64,000 nucleotides of DNA from Candidatus Marinacidobacterium sp. Lineage in GTDB: Bacteria > Acidobacteriota > Vicinamibacteria > Marinacidobacterales > Marinacidobacteraceae. A program made the position numbers and the translations under genes. Positions 17,288-28,379 of the stretch are shown piece after piece (position 1 is the first letter of the stretch; every line of letters begins with the position of its first letter). The notes below the pieces were generated by a model, which ran no database searches, was not told the DNA's origin, and saw only the letters and a program-made list of their open reading frames with translations. The stretch is taken from positions 2,688,001 through 2,752,000 of the forward strand of contig OZ244852.1 of assembly GCA_965220965.1 (NCBI GenBank). Direction: 5' to 3'.

Positions 17288-18436
17288 TCAGCGGCAGCGG
17301 CGGGCGTGGTCGTTGACCACGAACCGGTCCGTCATCCCCGAGATGTAGTCCGCGACGACGCGTTCGCGGGACGACGGGCCGATGCGCCGCCGGAAGTGCG
17401 GGGGCAGATCGTCGGGGTGTTCCAGGTAGTGCCCGAAGAGGTCGGGGAAGAGCCGCGTCCCGGCGGCGGCCGCCGCGACGACGCGCGGATGGCGGTAGAG
17501 CTTCTCGTGAAGGACGGTCTTCAGCTCCTGCAGTTCGCGTTCGCGCGCCGGCGGAATCGCTGCGAGCGGTTCCCCGCCAGCCCCTGAGGACGCGCGCCGG
17601 TCGGCGCCCGCCGTCTCGGCGCCGGAGGCCTCGATCCGGCGTCCGGTCTCCTGGATGAGGGCCGAGGCGAGGTCGCCGATCACCCCGCGCAGCAGGCTGC
17701 GCACCGCAACCCGCCGGCCGTCGCGGTCGAGCGCCCGGTCGCCGGGCCAGTGGCGGCGAAACAGCGCGGCCGCCTCGAGGTCCCCGACGTGGATGAGTCG
17801 CGACGCGAGCCCGTCCTCCATGTCGTGCGCGCTGTACGCGATCTCGTCGGCGAGGTCGGCGAGCTGGGCCTCGATCGGCGGCGAGGCGAAGCCGGCCAGA
17901 TCGTCCGGGGGATCGGTTCGGCGGCTGGAGTGCAGGAAGATGCCGAGGCGGGTCTCGCGGGTCAGGTTCAGTCCGGCGAACGCCGGGTAGGCGCGCTCCA
18001 GTTCGTCCACGATCCGGTAGGACTGGAGGTTGTGCTCGAACCCTCCGTGGTCCGCCATCAGGTCGTCGAGGATCTCTTCCCCGGCGTGGCCGAAGGGCGT
18101 GTGGCCGAGGTCGTGGGCGAGCGCCACCGCCTCGGTGAGGTCCTCGTTCAGCCGAAGCGCGCGGGCCGCGGTGCGCGCGATCTGGGCGACCTCGAGCGTG
18201 TGGGTGAGGCGGGTGCGGAAATGGTCGCCTTCGTGGTTGATGAAGACCTGGGTTTTGTACTGGAGCCGGCGGAACGCGCTCGAGTGGATGATCCGGTCCC
18301 GGTCGCGCTGGAAGTCGGTCCGGGCGGGGTCCGGCGGCTCGGGGTGACGCCGGCCTCCCGATCGGGCGGCGAAGCTCGCCGCCGGCCTCAGGCGGCGGAC
18401 TTCCTCGTCGTGGAAGAACGCGCGCGTCGGGGTCAA
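17288..18436 (-). CDS. dgt: Deoxyguanosinetriphosphate triphosphohydrolase (HD domain)
   Basis: RTDFQRDRDRIIHSSAFRRLQYKTQV, RTRLTH, HDLGHTPFGHAGE, FEHNLQS, ADEIAYSAHD, DYISGMTD. Confidence 0.95.
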   Translation of the reverse strand: MTPTRAFFHDEEVRRLRPAASFAARSGGRRHPEPPDPARTDFQRDRDRIIHSSAFRRLQYKTQVFINHEGDHFRTRLTHTLEVAQIARTAARALRLNEDLTEAVALAHDLGHTPFGHAGEEILDDLMADHGGFEHNLQSYRIVDELERAYPAFAGLNLTRETRLGIFLHSSRRTDPPDDLAGFASPPIEAQLADLADEIAYSAHDMEDGLASRLIHVGDLEAAALFRRHWPGDRALDRDGRRVAVRSLLRGVIGDLASALIQETGRRIEASGAETAGADRRASSGAGGEPLAAIPPARERELQELKTVLHEKLYRHPRVVAAAAAGTRLFPDLFGHYLEHPDDLPPHFRRRIGPSSRERVVADYISGMTDRFVVNDHARRCR

Positions 18437-19396
18437 CTAACCAGGAGCGTAGTAGCCGAGCTTGGTGCGGACGCGCAGGTCAGGACGGGTCGTCTGGACC
18501 ACGATGCGGCGCCAGGCGCCATCCTGCCGGGGATTGTTCGAGATGTAGCCCACGTTGTACTGGCTCTTGAGTTCTTCGGCGATGCGGTCGTACACCGACT
18601 CGAGCTCCGCCAGCTCCGCCGGGAAGTACCACTGCCCCCCGGTCTCTTCGGCGAGGTTCCTGAGGACATGCTCCGCTTCGGAGAACCGGCGGCCGCGGCG
18701 GCGCTCGGTGTTCTGGAGCGAGATCGTGTAGATCACGACGTCGGTGTCCTTGGTCAGCTCGAGCACCTGCTCGAAGGTGACGAGCGAGCTGGTGTCGCGG
18801 CCGTCGGAGAGCAGGATGATCGCCTGCCGCCGCGCCTCCATCCGCTGCCGCTCGAGCGAGCGGAGCGAGATGTACATCGCGTTGTGGAGCTTCGTCGTCC
18901 CTCCCGCCTGCGTCATCCGGATGGCGCGCTCGAGGTGGGTGTGGTCGCTCGTGAAGCGCTGCAGGATGTGGGCCTGGCTCCCGAACTCGACGATCTGCGC
19001 CGCGTCCTCGTCGCGCAGCGTCTGGGTGAACCGGACCGCGGCCTCCTGGGCGAAGCTCATCTTGTCCACCATGCTCGCCGAGGTGTCCATCAGCAGGACC
19101 ATCCGGATGGGGAGGTCCTCGTGGGAGAACGCCGAGATCTCCTGGAGGATGCCGTCCTCGTAGACCGTGAAGTCCTCCTCGAGGAGGTCGGTCACGAACC
19201 GGTTCCGGCCGTCGGTGACCGTCACGTTCAGCGAGATCAGGTCGACGGTGACCCGGAACTGGTAGGTCTGCTGGAGGAACGCCGCGACCACCGGGGAGGC
19301 GGCGGCCAGTCCCAGGACGCCGAGCGTCGCGCCGAGGCCCGCCTGAACGCGCCGGCGCCGTCGGGAGTCCGGGGTGGCGCCGGACTGCGACAACAT
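18437..19396 (-). CDS. VWA domain protein (VWFA-related acidobacterial family)
   Basis: FRVTVDLISLNVTVTD...FTVYEDG, MIDAS-like DTSASM, LLSDGRD, ETGG, QYNVGY...DGAWRRIVV...GYYAP. Confidence 0.9.
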   Translation of the reverse strand: MLSQSGATPDSRRRRRVQAGLGATLGVLGLAAASPVVAAFLQQTYQFRVTVDLISLNVTVTDGRNRFVTDLLEEDFTVYEDGILQEISAFSHEDLPIRMVLLMDTSASMVDKMSFAQEAAVRFTQTLRDEDAAQIVEFGSQAHILQRFTSDHTHLERAIRMTQAGGTTKLHNAMYISLRSLERQRMEARRQAIILLSDGRDTSSLVTFEQVLELTKDTDVVIYTISLQNTERRRGRRFSEAEHVLRNLAEETGGQWYFPAELAELESVYDRIAEELKSQYNVGYISNNPRQDGAWRRIVVQTTRPDLRVRTKLGYYAPG

Positions 19397-19420
19397 GGCG
19401 ATCGCCTATTCTGACGCAAG

Positions 19421-19987
19421 ATGCGGACCCCGCCCCCGATACCGTCCCAGGATGCCTCCGGCGCTTCCGCCGCCGCGGTCCTCACGGCGAGCGACGGGTG
19501 CGCCGCGGGAGTCACGCCCGACCGGTCCGGGACCATCGCCCGGCGGGCCCTCGAGGCGCTGGGTTTCCGGGTCGTGGCCTCCGCCGTCGTCCCGGACGAA
19601 CTCGAGGCGATCCGCGAGCCGGTCCGGCGGTGGGCCGAGGAAGGCGTCCGGCTCGTCGTCACGACCGGCGGGACCGGGCTCGGCCCGCGCGACCGGACGC
19701 CGGAGGCGCTCGCTCCGCTGCTGGACCGCGTTCTGCCGGGCTACGGCGAGCTGCTCCGCGCCGAGGGGTTGCGGGAGACGCCGATGGCGGTGCTGTCGCG
19801 AAGCCTCGCGGGCGCCATTGGCGCCACCCTCGTCGTCGCGCTGCCCGGGAGCCCCCGGGCGGTGGAGAGCGGGCTTCGGACGCTGGCGCCGACGCTCGCC
19901 CACGCGCTGGATCTGCTCGCCGGAAAGACGCGCCACGGGCCTCGGCCTCCGGGCCGCGGCCCGGAGAGTCCCGCCCAGGGTCACTGA
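19421..19987 (+). CDS. moaB: Molybdopterin adenylyltransferase (MogA/MoaB family)
   Basis: LTASD, DRSG, VVPDE, TTGGTGLGPRDRTPEA, LSRSLAG, LPGSPRAV. Confidence 0.88.
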   Translation: MRTPPPIPSQDASGASAAAVLTASDGCAAGVTPDRSGTIARRALEALGFRVVASAVVPDELEAIREPVRRWAEEGVRLVVTTGGTGLGPRDRTPEALAPLLDRVLPGYGELLRAEGLRETPMAVLSRSLAGAIGATLVVALPGSPRAVESGLRTLAPTLAHALDLLAGKTRHGPRPPGRGPESPAQGH

Positions 19988-20044
19988 TAGAATTCGGCCC
20001 TTGCATCGCCGTTCGACGCTTCGGCGCGGCGATGTCGTGTCCCG

Positions 20045-20377
20045 ATGACTCCCGAGGATCTGAGCCGTCACAAGCAGGCGCTGCTCGACAAGAAGGCCGA
20101 CGTCGAGCGGCTGGCCCAGACGCGCGCGTTCTCCCGGACGCCTCCGCACGGCGATGACGGCGATCGCTCGATGGCCGCCAACGACGATGAGATCGTGATC
20201 CAGCTTCAGCAGAACGACGCGAAGCTGCTTCGCGCCATCGACAAGGCGCTGGCCCGGGTCGAGTCGGGCGAGTTCGGCATCTGCTCCGAGTGCGACGAGG
20301 AGATCCCCCAGCCCAGGCTCGACGCCGTTCCGTGGACCCGGGTGTGCGTGCCCTGCAAGGAACGCGAGTCGGGCTAA
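20045..20377 (+). CDS. DksA/TraR C4 zinc-finger protein
   Basis: Coiled coil with DDGDRS tip; IDKALARVESGEFGICSECDEEIPQPRLDAVPWTRVCVPC. Confidence 0.9.
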   Translation: MTPEDLSRHKQALLDKKADVERLAQTRAFSRTPPHGDDGDRSMAANDDEIVIQLQQNDAKLLRAIDKALARVESGEFGICSECDEEIPQPRLDAVPWTRVCVPCKERESG

Positions 20378-20411
20378 CGTCCGGCGGTCAGCCGTCGGGC
20401 GGCTAGCAGCT

Positions 20412-21203
20412 GTGGACCTCGGGATCCGCGATCGGGTCGCTGTCGTCGCCGCCGCGAGCCAGGGGCTCGGCCGGGCCGTCGCCGACGCGCTGGCCGCCGA
20501 AGGAGTCCGTCTCGCGATCGGCGCCCGCGGCCGGGATGCGCTCGAGGCCGCCGCCGCGGAAATCCGGAAAGCGCGCGGCGTCGAGGTCCTGGCGGTCCCG
20601 CTGGATGTGGGAGACCCCGAAGCCGCCGCGAGGTTCGTCCGGGCCGCCGAGTCCCGCTTCGGGCAGGTGGACATCCTGGTCACGAACGCCGGCGGTCCGC
20701 CGCCGACCCGTCTTCGGGACACCACGCCGCAGGAGTGGGAAGACGCGCTCGGGCAGAACCTCCTGTCCTGCGTCCATCTGGTTCGGGCGGCGCTGCCGGG
20801 GATGATCTCCCGGCGATGGGGGCGGATCCTGGCCATCGCCTCGGTGTCGGTGAAGCAGCCGGTGCCGGACATCATCCTGTCGAACACCGCCCGCGCCGGA
20901 ATCGCCGGCTTCATGAAGTCCCTCGCCAACGAGGCGGCGCCATACGGGGTCCTGGCGAACGTGCTCTGCCCCGGATTCACCCGCACCGCGCGCCTGGTGG
21001 AGCTCGCGGAACACCTCGCCGCGAAGGACGGCGTGGCCACCGACGAGATCTACGCCCGGTGGTCGCGGGACATTCCGGCCGGCCGGGTCGGCGAGCCCGA
21101 GGAATTCGCGGCGGCGGCCGCGTTTCTCGCGTCCGAGCGGGCGAGCTACATCACCGGGACGGTGCTCGCCGTCGACGGAGGCCACATCCGCAGCGTGACC
21201 TGA
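20412..21203 (+). CDS. Short-chain dehydrogenase/reductase (3-oxoacyl-ACP reductase-like)
   Basis: MDLGIRDRVAVVAAASQGLG, VTNAGGPP, LSNTARAG, VDGG. Confidence 0.88.
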   Translation: MDLGIRDRVAVVAAASQGLGRAVADALAAEGVRLAIGARGRDALEAAAAEIRKARGVEVLAVPLDVGDPEAAARFVRAAESRFGQVDILVTNAGGPPPTRLRDTTPQEWEDALGQNLLSCVHLVRAALPGMISRRWGRILAIASVSVKQPVPDIILSNTARAGIAGFMKSLANEAAPYGVLANVLCPGFTRTARLVELAEHLAAKDGVATDEIYARWSRDIPAGRVGEPEEFAAAAAFLASERASYITGTVLAVDGGHIRSVT

Positions 21204-21357
21204 GTTTCTCCGGCGGAGGGCGCGCGCGGAGTCGCGGGCCCGTCCTCCCGGTGGGTTTCGGCGGCGGGAGACCCCGCGGCGGTTGATACGCTCGAATCGG
21301 AATGGCGCGGAGCGCGAGAGTCGATTCCCGTCTGCTCTAGACTCCGCCGCCCCACCG

Positions 21358-23673
21358 ATGCCCGCCGCCTCCTCCGCCCCCGCGCTGATCGTCGTCGAAT
21401 CGAACGCCAAGGCGAAGACCATCGCCCGGTTCCTGGGGCGCGACTACCGGGTGCTCGCCTCCGGCGGCCATGTCCGCGACCTGCCGCGCCGCGGACTCTC
21501 GGTGGACATCGAGAACGGTTTTCGTCCGCGTTTCGAGGTCGTCCCGGACCGGGCGAAGATCCTCGACGCGCTGAAGCGCGAGGCGAAGAAAGCCTCCCGC
21601 ATCTTCCTCGCCACCGATCCGGACCGGGAGGGCGAGGCGATCAGTCACGACCTCGCCGATGAGTTCCGCGCCGCGCTCGGAAGGCGACGGGCGTCGGTGC
21701 CGATCGAGCGGATCGCCTTCCACGAGATCACCCCGCCAGCCGTCCGGAGAGCGATCAGCGAGGCGGGCGAGATCGACGCCAACAAGGTTCAGGCGCAGCA
21801 GACGCGCCGCGTGCTGGACCGGATCGTGGGCTACCGGATCTCGCCGCTGCTATCGCGGAAGGTCGGACCGAGGCTCTCGGCGGGCCGCGTCCAGTCGGTC
21901 GCGCTCCGGCTCATCTGCGAGCGGGAGCGGGAGATCCGGCGCTTCCGCATGGAGGAGTACTGGACCCTCGAGGCGCATCTCCGGACGGCGTCGGGGGACC
22001 CGCTGCTCGCGATACCCGAGGTTCCGAAGAGCCTGCCAAAGGAGCCGGCCGCCCGCGAGGAGGGCGTCGCCCGCGAAATCCAGCGCCATCTCGAGAGCTG
22101 CCGGTTCCGGGTCGACGAGATCGAGCAAAAGGAGCGCCGGGACAAGGCTCCGCCGCCCTTCATCACCTCGACGATGCAGCGGCAGGCCGCTTCGGCCTTC
22201 CGCTTCCCCGCCGCGCGCACGATGCGCACCGCGCAGGCGCTCTACGAGGGAGTGGACCTGGGGTCCGGCGAAAGGGCTGGCCTGATCACCTATCTCCGGA
22301 CCGACTCGACGCGCATCTCGCAGCAGGCCCTGACCGAGGTGCGGGAGTGGATCGGCAACCGGTACGGGGCGGACGCGGTTCCGGCGCAGCCTCACCATTT
22401 CCGCAAGCAGAAGGGGGCCCAGGACGCTCACGAGGCCATCCGCCCGACTTCGGTTCAGCGAACCCCGGAGCAACTCGCGCCGTACCTGAACGACGACCAG
22501 CGCCGGCTCTACACCATGATCTGGGAACGGTTCGTGGCCTCCCAGATGAAGCCGGCCGTCTGGCTCGACACGCGAGTAACGATCCGCGCCGAGCGGGTGG
22601 ATGGGAACCCGGCGCCCGGGATCGAGGGCTTCGGAACGGCCCCGGAGCGGCTGTTCGCCACCGGGTCGGTGCTCGCGGCGCCCGGCTACCGGGTGCTCTA
22701 CCGCGAGACCGCCGAGGATGAGGGATCCGCCGACGCGCGGGAGGGCCGGGCGAGGCTCCCGGCGCTCGCGGCGGGGCAGGAACTGAGCTCGGACCGGATC
22801 CTGCCGATCTGCCACTTCACCCAGCCGCCGAAGCGATTCAGCGAGGCGGGGCTGATCCGCAAACTGGAGCAGAACGGCATCGGAAGACCCAGCACCTACG
22901 TGCCGATCCTGCGCAAGATCAAGGATCGCGAGTACGTGCGAACCAGGGCCCGGGTGTTCATCCCCACCGAAGTGGGAATGCTCGTCTCCGATCTGCTCTC
23001 CGGGTGTTTCGACGACCTCTTCAACGAGCGCTACACCGCGGCGATGGAGGAGAACCTCGACCGGATCGAGCAGGGCGACGCCGACTTCGAGGGCACGCTG
23101 ACCTCGTTCTACCGCGATTTCGTGGCGGACCTCGACCGGGCGGTCGTGCAGATGCCCCGGGTGAAGGGTCTTCCCACCGCCGAGGCGTGCGATCAGTGTG
23201 GTCGCAGCCTCGTCCTGCGCTGGAGCGGCGGCGAGAAGTTCCTCGGTTGCGAGGGGTTCCCCGAGTGCCGCGGAAGCCGGAGCCTTGGGGAAGGCCTCGA
23301 CGAGGCGGCGGATGACGCTCCGGTGTGCCCGGAGTGCGGCGCGCCGATGGCGGCGAGGCGCGGACGCTTCGGGGCGTTCCTCGGATGCAGCCGCTACCCG
23401 GAGTGCCAGACCATCCTGAAGCTCCGCGATGGACGGCTGGTGCCGCGCAAGCCGCCCGAGCCGGTCGACGGCCAGTGCCCCGAGTGCGGGAAGGGGCTCG
23501 TCCGCCGCCAGGGGCGGCGCGGACCGTTCGTGGGCTGCAGCGGCTTTCCCGCCTGTCGCTACATCCAGCCGCGACCCGGCGGACGGAAGAAGAAGGCCTC
23601 GCGGAAGCGGACGACGCGTTCGGCCGCCACCGCCTCGCGCGGCGGCCGCCGACCAGGAGCGCCGGCGCCTTGA
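21358..23673 (+). CDS. topA: DNA topoisomerase I
   Basis: TOPRIM IVVESNAKAKTI, LATDPDREGEAI, SAGRVQS, catalytic ITYLRTDS, AHEAIRPT, GIGRPSTY; three C-terminal C4 zinc ribbons. Confidence 0.97.
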   Translation: MPAASSAPALIVVESNAKAKTIARFLGRDYRVLASGGHVRDLPRRGLSVDIENGFRPRFEVVPDRAKILDALKREAKKASRIFLATDPDREGEAISHDLADEFRAALGRRRASVPIERIAFHEITPPAVRRAISEAGEIDANKVQAQQTRRVLDRIVGYRISPLLSRKVGPRLSAGRVQSVALRLICEREREIRRFRMEEYWTLEAHLRTASGDPLLAIPEVPKSLPKEPAAREEGVAREIQRHLESCRFRVDEIEQKERRDKAPPPFITSTMQRQAASAFRFPAARTMRTAQALYEGVDLGSGERAGLITYLRTDSTRISQQALTEVREWIGNRYGADAVPAQPHHFRKQKGAQDAHEAIRPTSVQRTPEQLAPYLNDDQRRLYTMIWERFVASQMKPAVWLDTRVTIRAERVDGNPAPGIEGFGTAPERLFATGSVLAAPGYRVLYRETAEDEGSADAREGRARLPALAAGQELSSDRILPICHFTQPPKRFSEAGLIRKLEQNGIGRPSTYVPILRKIKDREYVRTRARVFIPTEVGMLVSDLLSGCFDDLFNERYTAAMEENLDRIEQGDADFEGTLTSFYRDFVADLDRAVVQMPRVKGLPTAEACDQCGRSLVLRWSGGEKFLGCEGFPECRGSRSLGEGLDEAADDAPVCPECGAPMAARRGRFGAFLGCSRYPECQTILKLRDGRLVPRKPPEPVDGQCPECGKGLVRRQGRRGPFVGCSGFPACRYIQPRPGGRKKKASRKRTTRSAATASRGGRRPGAPAP

Positions 23674-24641
23674 CGCCGGGGGCCGGATCCCGTCCGGCCC
23701 CCCGGCGGTCCGCCTCGCTCGCCGCCCTGACCGAGGCGTTCCTCGGCGATCTCGAGGAGCGCCGCGGCGCGTCGGAGCAGACCGTCCGCGCGTACGCCGC
23801 CGACCTGGCCCAGTTCCTCGCCTTTCTGGAAGAGCCGTCAGAAGGCGATCGGGGCGCGGACAAGGGACAGCCTTCGCCCGGGGACGTGGACGTCCACCGG
23901 CTGCGCGGGTGGCTGGCGTCGCTTCACGGGCGCGGGCTCTCCCGGACCACGGTGGCGCGCAAGCTGGCTGCGCTCCGGTCCTTCTACCGGTTCCTGGCCC
24001 GGTCCGGCGCCGCCGACTCCGACCCAGCCCGCGGGCTCCGGGCGCCCCGGTTGCCGGCGCGGCTCCCGGCCAGGGTCGAAATGGAGGAGGTCGAGGCCCT
24101 GCTCCACGCCCCGGACCCCGGCGAGCCGCTCGGCGCCCGCAATCTGGCGATGCTGGAGCTTCTCTACGGGACCGGAGTGCGGGTCTCGGAACTCGTGGGA
24201 CTCGACCTGCCCGACGTGAACCGCCGGGGACGGATCCTGCGCGTCCTTGGCAAGGGCGGGAAGGAACGCGTCGTTCCGTTCGGCGAGGTGGCGGATGACG
24301 CCCTCGGGCTGTACCTGGCCGCACGAGGCGAGCTGGTCTCGCGCGAGGGCGACGCGCTGGCGCTGTTCCTGAACCACCGGGGCGGGCGGCTCTCCGACCG
24401 GGCTGTCCGCAATGTCGTCCGGCGCTATCTCGGAGAGGCCGGGCTTCAGCGGCTCGCAGGGGTCGTCACCCCCCACACCCTGCGCCACGCCTTCGCGACC
24501 CACCTGCTCGACCGGGGCGCGGACCTGCGCGCGATCCAGGAGCTGCTCGGGCACGCCGATCTCGCCACGACCCAGAAGTACACCCACATCTCGACGACCC
24601 GGCTCATGGAGGTCTACTCCCGCTCCCACCCGCGCGACTGA
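23670..24641 (+). CDS. xerC: Tyrosine recombinase XerC
   Basis: TTGA overlap with topA; LYGTGVRVSEL, GKGGKER, PHTLRHAFATHLL, LLGHADLATTQKY; usual topA-xerC synteny. Confidence 0.88.
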   Translation: MTPGAGSRPAPRRSASLAALTEAFLGDLEERRGASEQTVRAYAADLAQFLAFLEEPSEGDRGADKGQPSPGDVDVHRLRGWLASLHGRGLSRTTVARKLAALRSFYRFLARSGAADSDPARGLRAPRLPARLPARVEMEEVEALLHAPDPGEPLGARNLAMLELLYGTGVRVSELVGLDLPDVNRRGRILRVLGKGGKERVVPFGEVADDALGLYLAARGELVSREGDALALFLNHRGGRLSDRAVRNVVRRYLGEAGLQRLAGVVTPHTLRHAFATHLLDRGADLRAIQELLGHADLATTQKYTHISTTRLMEVYSRSHPRD

Positions 24642-24659
24642 GCGTCCGGAGGAGCGCAG

Positions 24660-25919
24660 TCAGTACTTCGGGATGGTGGCGCGGCCAGCGGGAGCGGCGA
24701 AGAGCCGGCGGTAGCGAGCGATCTCGCCCGGCGATCCGGTGCTCTTGCCCGGGTTGTCGCTGAGCTTCACCAGCGGACGGCCGTTCGCGGCCACCGGCTT
24801 GACCACCAGCGAGAGGGTTGGCGCTCCGCAGTCGTTGGTGAGGTTCGTGCCCCAGCCGAAGGCGACCGAGGCGTGGTCCGCGAACCGCGCGTGCAGGTCG
24901 AGGATCGTTCCCGGCTCGAGGCCGTCGCTGAACACCAGCGCCTTCTCCCGGGGGTCCACGCCGTTGTCGCGGAACCAGCCGATCACCGCCTCGCCGAACT
25001 CCTCCGGGTCCCCGGAGTCGTGGCGGACGCCGAGGAATCTCCGCGCCCGGTCTCCGGCGGCGTCGGCGAAGTAGCTCGGAGTTCCCCAGGTGTCCGTCAG
25101 GAACACCGAGAACGGCGCTCCGTACTCGTCCCACCAGGCGTCCAGCATGCGTCGCTGGGAACCCCGGACCGCTTCGTCATCCGGGCCTCCGAGCACGGCG
25201 CCGACCATGAAGATCTCGTGGGCGATCGTGCCGACGGGACGGAGGCCGTTCTCGCGCGCCGAGAGGACGCAGGACGTGCCCGTGAACTGCTCCGGCAGCT
25301 CACCGGCGAGGCGGCCCTCCAGCTCGAGCTGCCAGTCGCGGGAGAAACGCCGGCGGGTTCCGAACGAGGCGAAGCGCAGGGTGGGCCGCTCGCGGAGCTG
25401 ATGGATCTTCGCCGCCAGTCGGTCCCGGCCGAGCTCCAGGGCCTCGTCGAGCGCCCCGGCCCCCCCGGCGGCGATCGTGGCGCGGGAGATCATCTCGCTC
25501 AGGGTGGAGAGGATCAGCGTCTCCCACAGGATGACCGCCGGCCAGCACCCCTCGGTCTCCACCTCGAGTTCCGCGCCCCGGGCCTCCACCCGGAACTCCG
25601 GGAGCCGGAGGCCGGCGAGGAAGCCGAGGAAGTCCCCCTCGAACATGCCGCGGGGCTCGAGGTTCCGGAGAAAGTCGAGTTCCGCGGGTCGGAACGAGAG
25701 GTCGCGCACCGCTTCCAGAGCCTCGCGAAGGGCCTCCGGGGGCGCCAGCGCGCCGAGGTCGGCGCCCGGGGTCCGGCAGATCAGCCGGTACCGGACGCTG
25801 ACCTCGGAGTGCCGACGGAAGACGAACTGCCCCATCGTGAACTTGTAGAAGTCCACATCGAGGAGCGAGGAGACCGGAGGGGCCTCCGGTCGCGACTTCA
25901 GTCCGGGAATCCGGGCCAC
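24660..25919 (-). CDS. pncB: Nicotinate phosphoribosyltransferase
   Basis: SLLDVDFYKFTMGQ, ILWET, FGTRRRFS, GTIAHE, LTDTWGT, GVRHDSGDP, VFSDGL, FGWGTNLTND, KLSDNPGK; start codon (GTG 25919) uncertain. Confidence 0.93.
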   Translation of the reverse strand: MARIPGLKSRPEAPPVSSLLDVDFYKFTMGQFVFRRHSEVSVRYRLICRTPGADLGALAPPEALREALEAVRDLSFRPAELDFLRNLEPRGMFEGDFLGFLAGLRLPEFRVEARGAELEVETEGCWPAVILWETLILSTLSEMISRATIAAGGAGALDEALELGRDRLAAKIHQLRERPTLRFASFGTRRRFSRDWQLELEGRLAGELPEQFTGTSCVLSARENGLRPVGTIAHEIFMVGAVLGGPDDEAVRGSQRRMLDAWWDEYGAPFSVFLTDTWGTPSYFADAAGDRARRFLGVRHDSGDPEEFGEAVIGWFRDNGVDPREKALVFSDGLEPGTILDLHARFADHASVAFGWGTNLTNDCGAPTLSLVVKPVAANGRPLVKLSDNPGKSTGSPGEIARYRRLFAAPAGRATIPKY

Positions 25920-26938
25920 TCCCCGGGGGGCGTTCCGGTCTGAACGATCCGCATCCCGGAGCGCTCGAAGTCCCGGAACGCCTCGTCGGCGGCGTCGGTG
26001 AAGTCCGAGCCGGGCGCGACCACCGGAGAGGTCGCGTCCTCGAGCAGGTACACCCGGCCGGCGAGGCCGCCGGATCCGTCGGGGTCCCGGCGGGCGATCT
26101 CGTCGCGCAGATCGGCGACCGTCCAGGCCACGCAGTGGCTCTTCGCCTGCCCGGCGACGATCAGCGCGTCGAAGTCGAGGAGGCGGTCGAGCAGCTTCCG
26201 GTTCGGTTCGGCGATGGGCGCTCCGTCGGGGCCCTCGAGCACTTCGGGCCGCAGCACCGAGTAGTTCTCGGTGAGCGGGTTCAGGCCCTTCGTTTCGAAG
26301 ACTGGCTGTGCGGACCGGGCGATCGTGTGGAAGAACACCGCTTCCTCGATCGCCGGGACGACGGCGTGTCCGGCGCCGCCGAGCATGGCGTGGTAGGGCC
26401 AGATGACGAGCACGTACTTGCCCTGGGCCTCGAGGCGGCGGCAGTAGTGCAGCGCGTGCCGGGCCAGTTCGGCCTCGTCGAGCCCGGCGGCCGCCGCCGC
26501 CTCGGGATTCACCCGGAAGCGTCCCGATTCGAGGTCTTCCGCGGTGATCGGGGTGTACGGCGCGGGGTTCGCGCCCCCGGCGTCCAGAAAGAAATGCGGG
26601 TGGAATACCTGGATCGCCGTGTGGGTGTCGAGGGTGAGAACGATTTCGGTGATCCGGCCGAGCTCGCGGTAGAGGAACTGGCAAAGTCGCCACGAGTCCC
26701 TGACCGCTCCGAGGCCCGACCGTCCGCCCACGAACAGTTCGCCTCCGGGGAGACAGAAGGTGTTCTGGCAATCCACCAGCAGGAGCCCGATGCGGGCGGC
26801 GTCGGTGGCCGCCGGGGTGATCCCGTGCGTTCGGGCCCACCCGCGGGCCGCTTCCGCCCGTTCCTGGTAGGGGACGCGGTAGAGCCGCCCGACCCGCTCG
26901 CCGTCGAAGAAGTCCGGGATCGGAAGCGGTTTCGCCAT
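25898..26938 (-). CDS. Isochorismatase/cysteine-hydrolase family protein, probable nicotinamidase (long type)
   Basis: LLLVDCQNTFC, TLDTH, IWPYH, TKG, AGQAKSHCV (catalytic Asp, Lys, Cys); overlaps pncB. Confidence 0.8.
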   Translation of the reverse strand: MAKPLPIPDFFDGERVGRLYRVPYQERAEAARGWARTHGITPAATDAARIGLLLVDCQNTFCLPGGELFVGGRSGLGAVRDSWRLCQFLYRELGRITEIVLTLDTHTAIQVFHPHFFLDAGGANPAPYTPITAEDLESGRFRVNPEAAAAAGLDEAELARHALHYCRRLEAQGKYVLVIWPYHAMLGGAGHAVVPAIEEAVFFHTIARSAQPVFETKGLNPLTENYSVLRPEVLEGPDGAPIAEPNRKLLDRLLDFDALIVAGQAKSHCVAWTVADLRDEIARRDPDGSGGLAGRVYLLEDATSPVVAPGSDFTDAADEAFRDFERSGMRIVQTGTPPGEWPGFPD

Positions 26939-27020
26939 GCGCTGGATGAGGCCCGCCGCTCCCCGGGGAGGGGCTGGAGGCCGCCACGCAAACCCCCCGG
27001 AGACGCAGTGACGGGACTAG

Positions 27021-28340
<1,320 letters not shown>

Positions 28341-28346
28341 TCGACT

Positions 28347-28369
28347 GGCGCGCAACGGTGTAGCGCGCC
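28347..28369. terminator. Hairpin between convergent serS and DUF1801 genes
   Basis: GGCGCGC-N9-GCGCGCC inverted repeat; no clear U-tract. Confidence 0.4.
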
Positions 28370-28379
28370 GCCGGGGCGT

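Noticed and set aside
17288-18436. dGTPase as an anti-phage defence gene
   Set aside because: It is the short housekeeping-type Dgt, sits among core genes and has no defence-island context.
23670-24641. Tyrosine recombinase as a phage or island integrase
   Set aside because: Size, motifs and coupling to topA fit chromosomal XerC; no att repeats or mobile cargo nearby.
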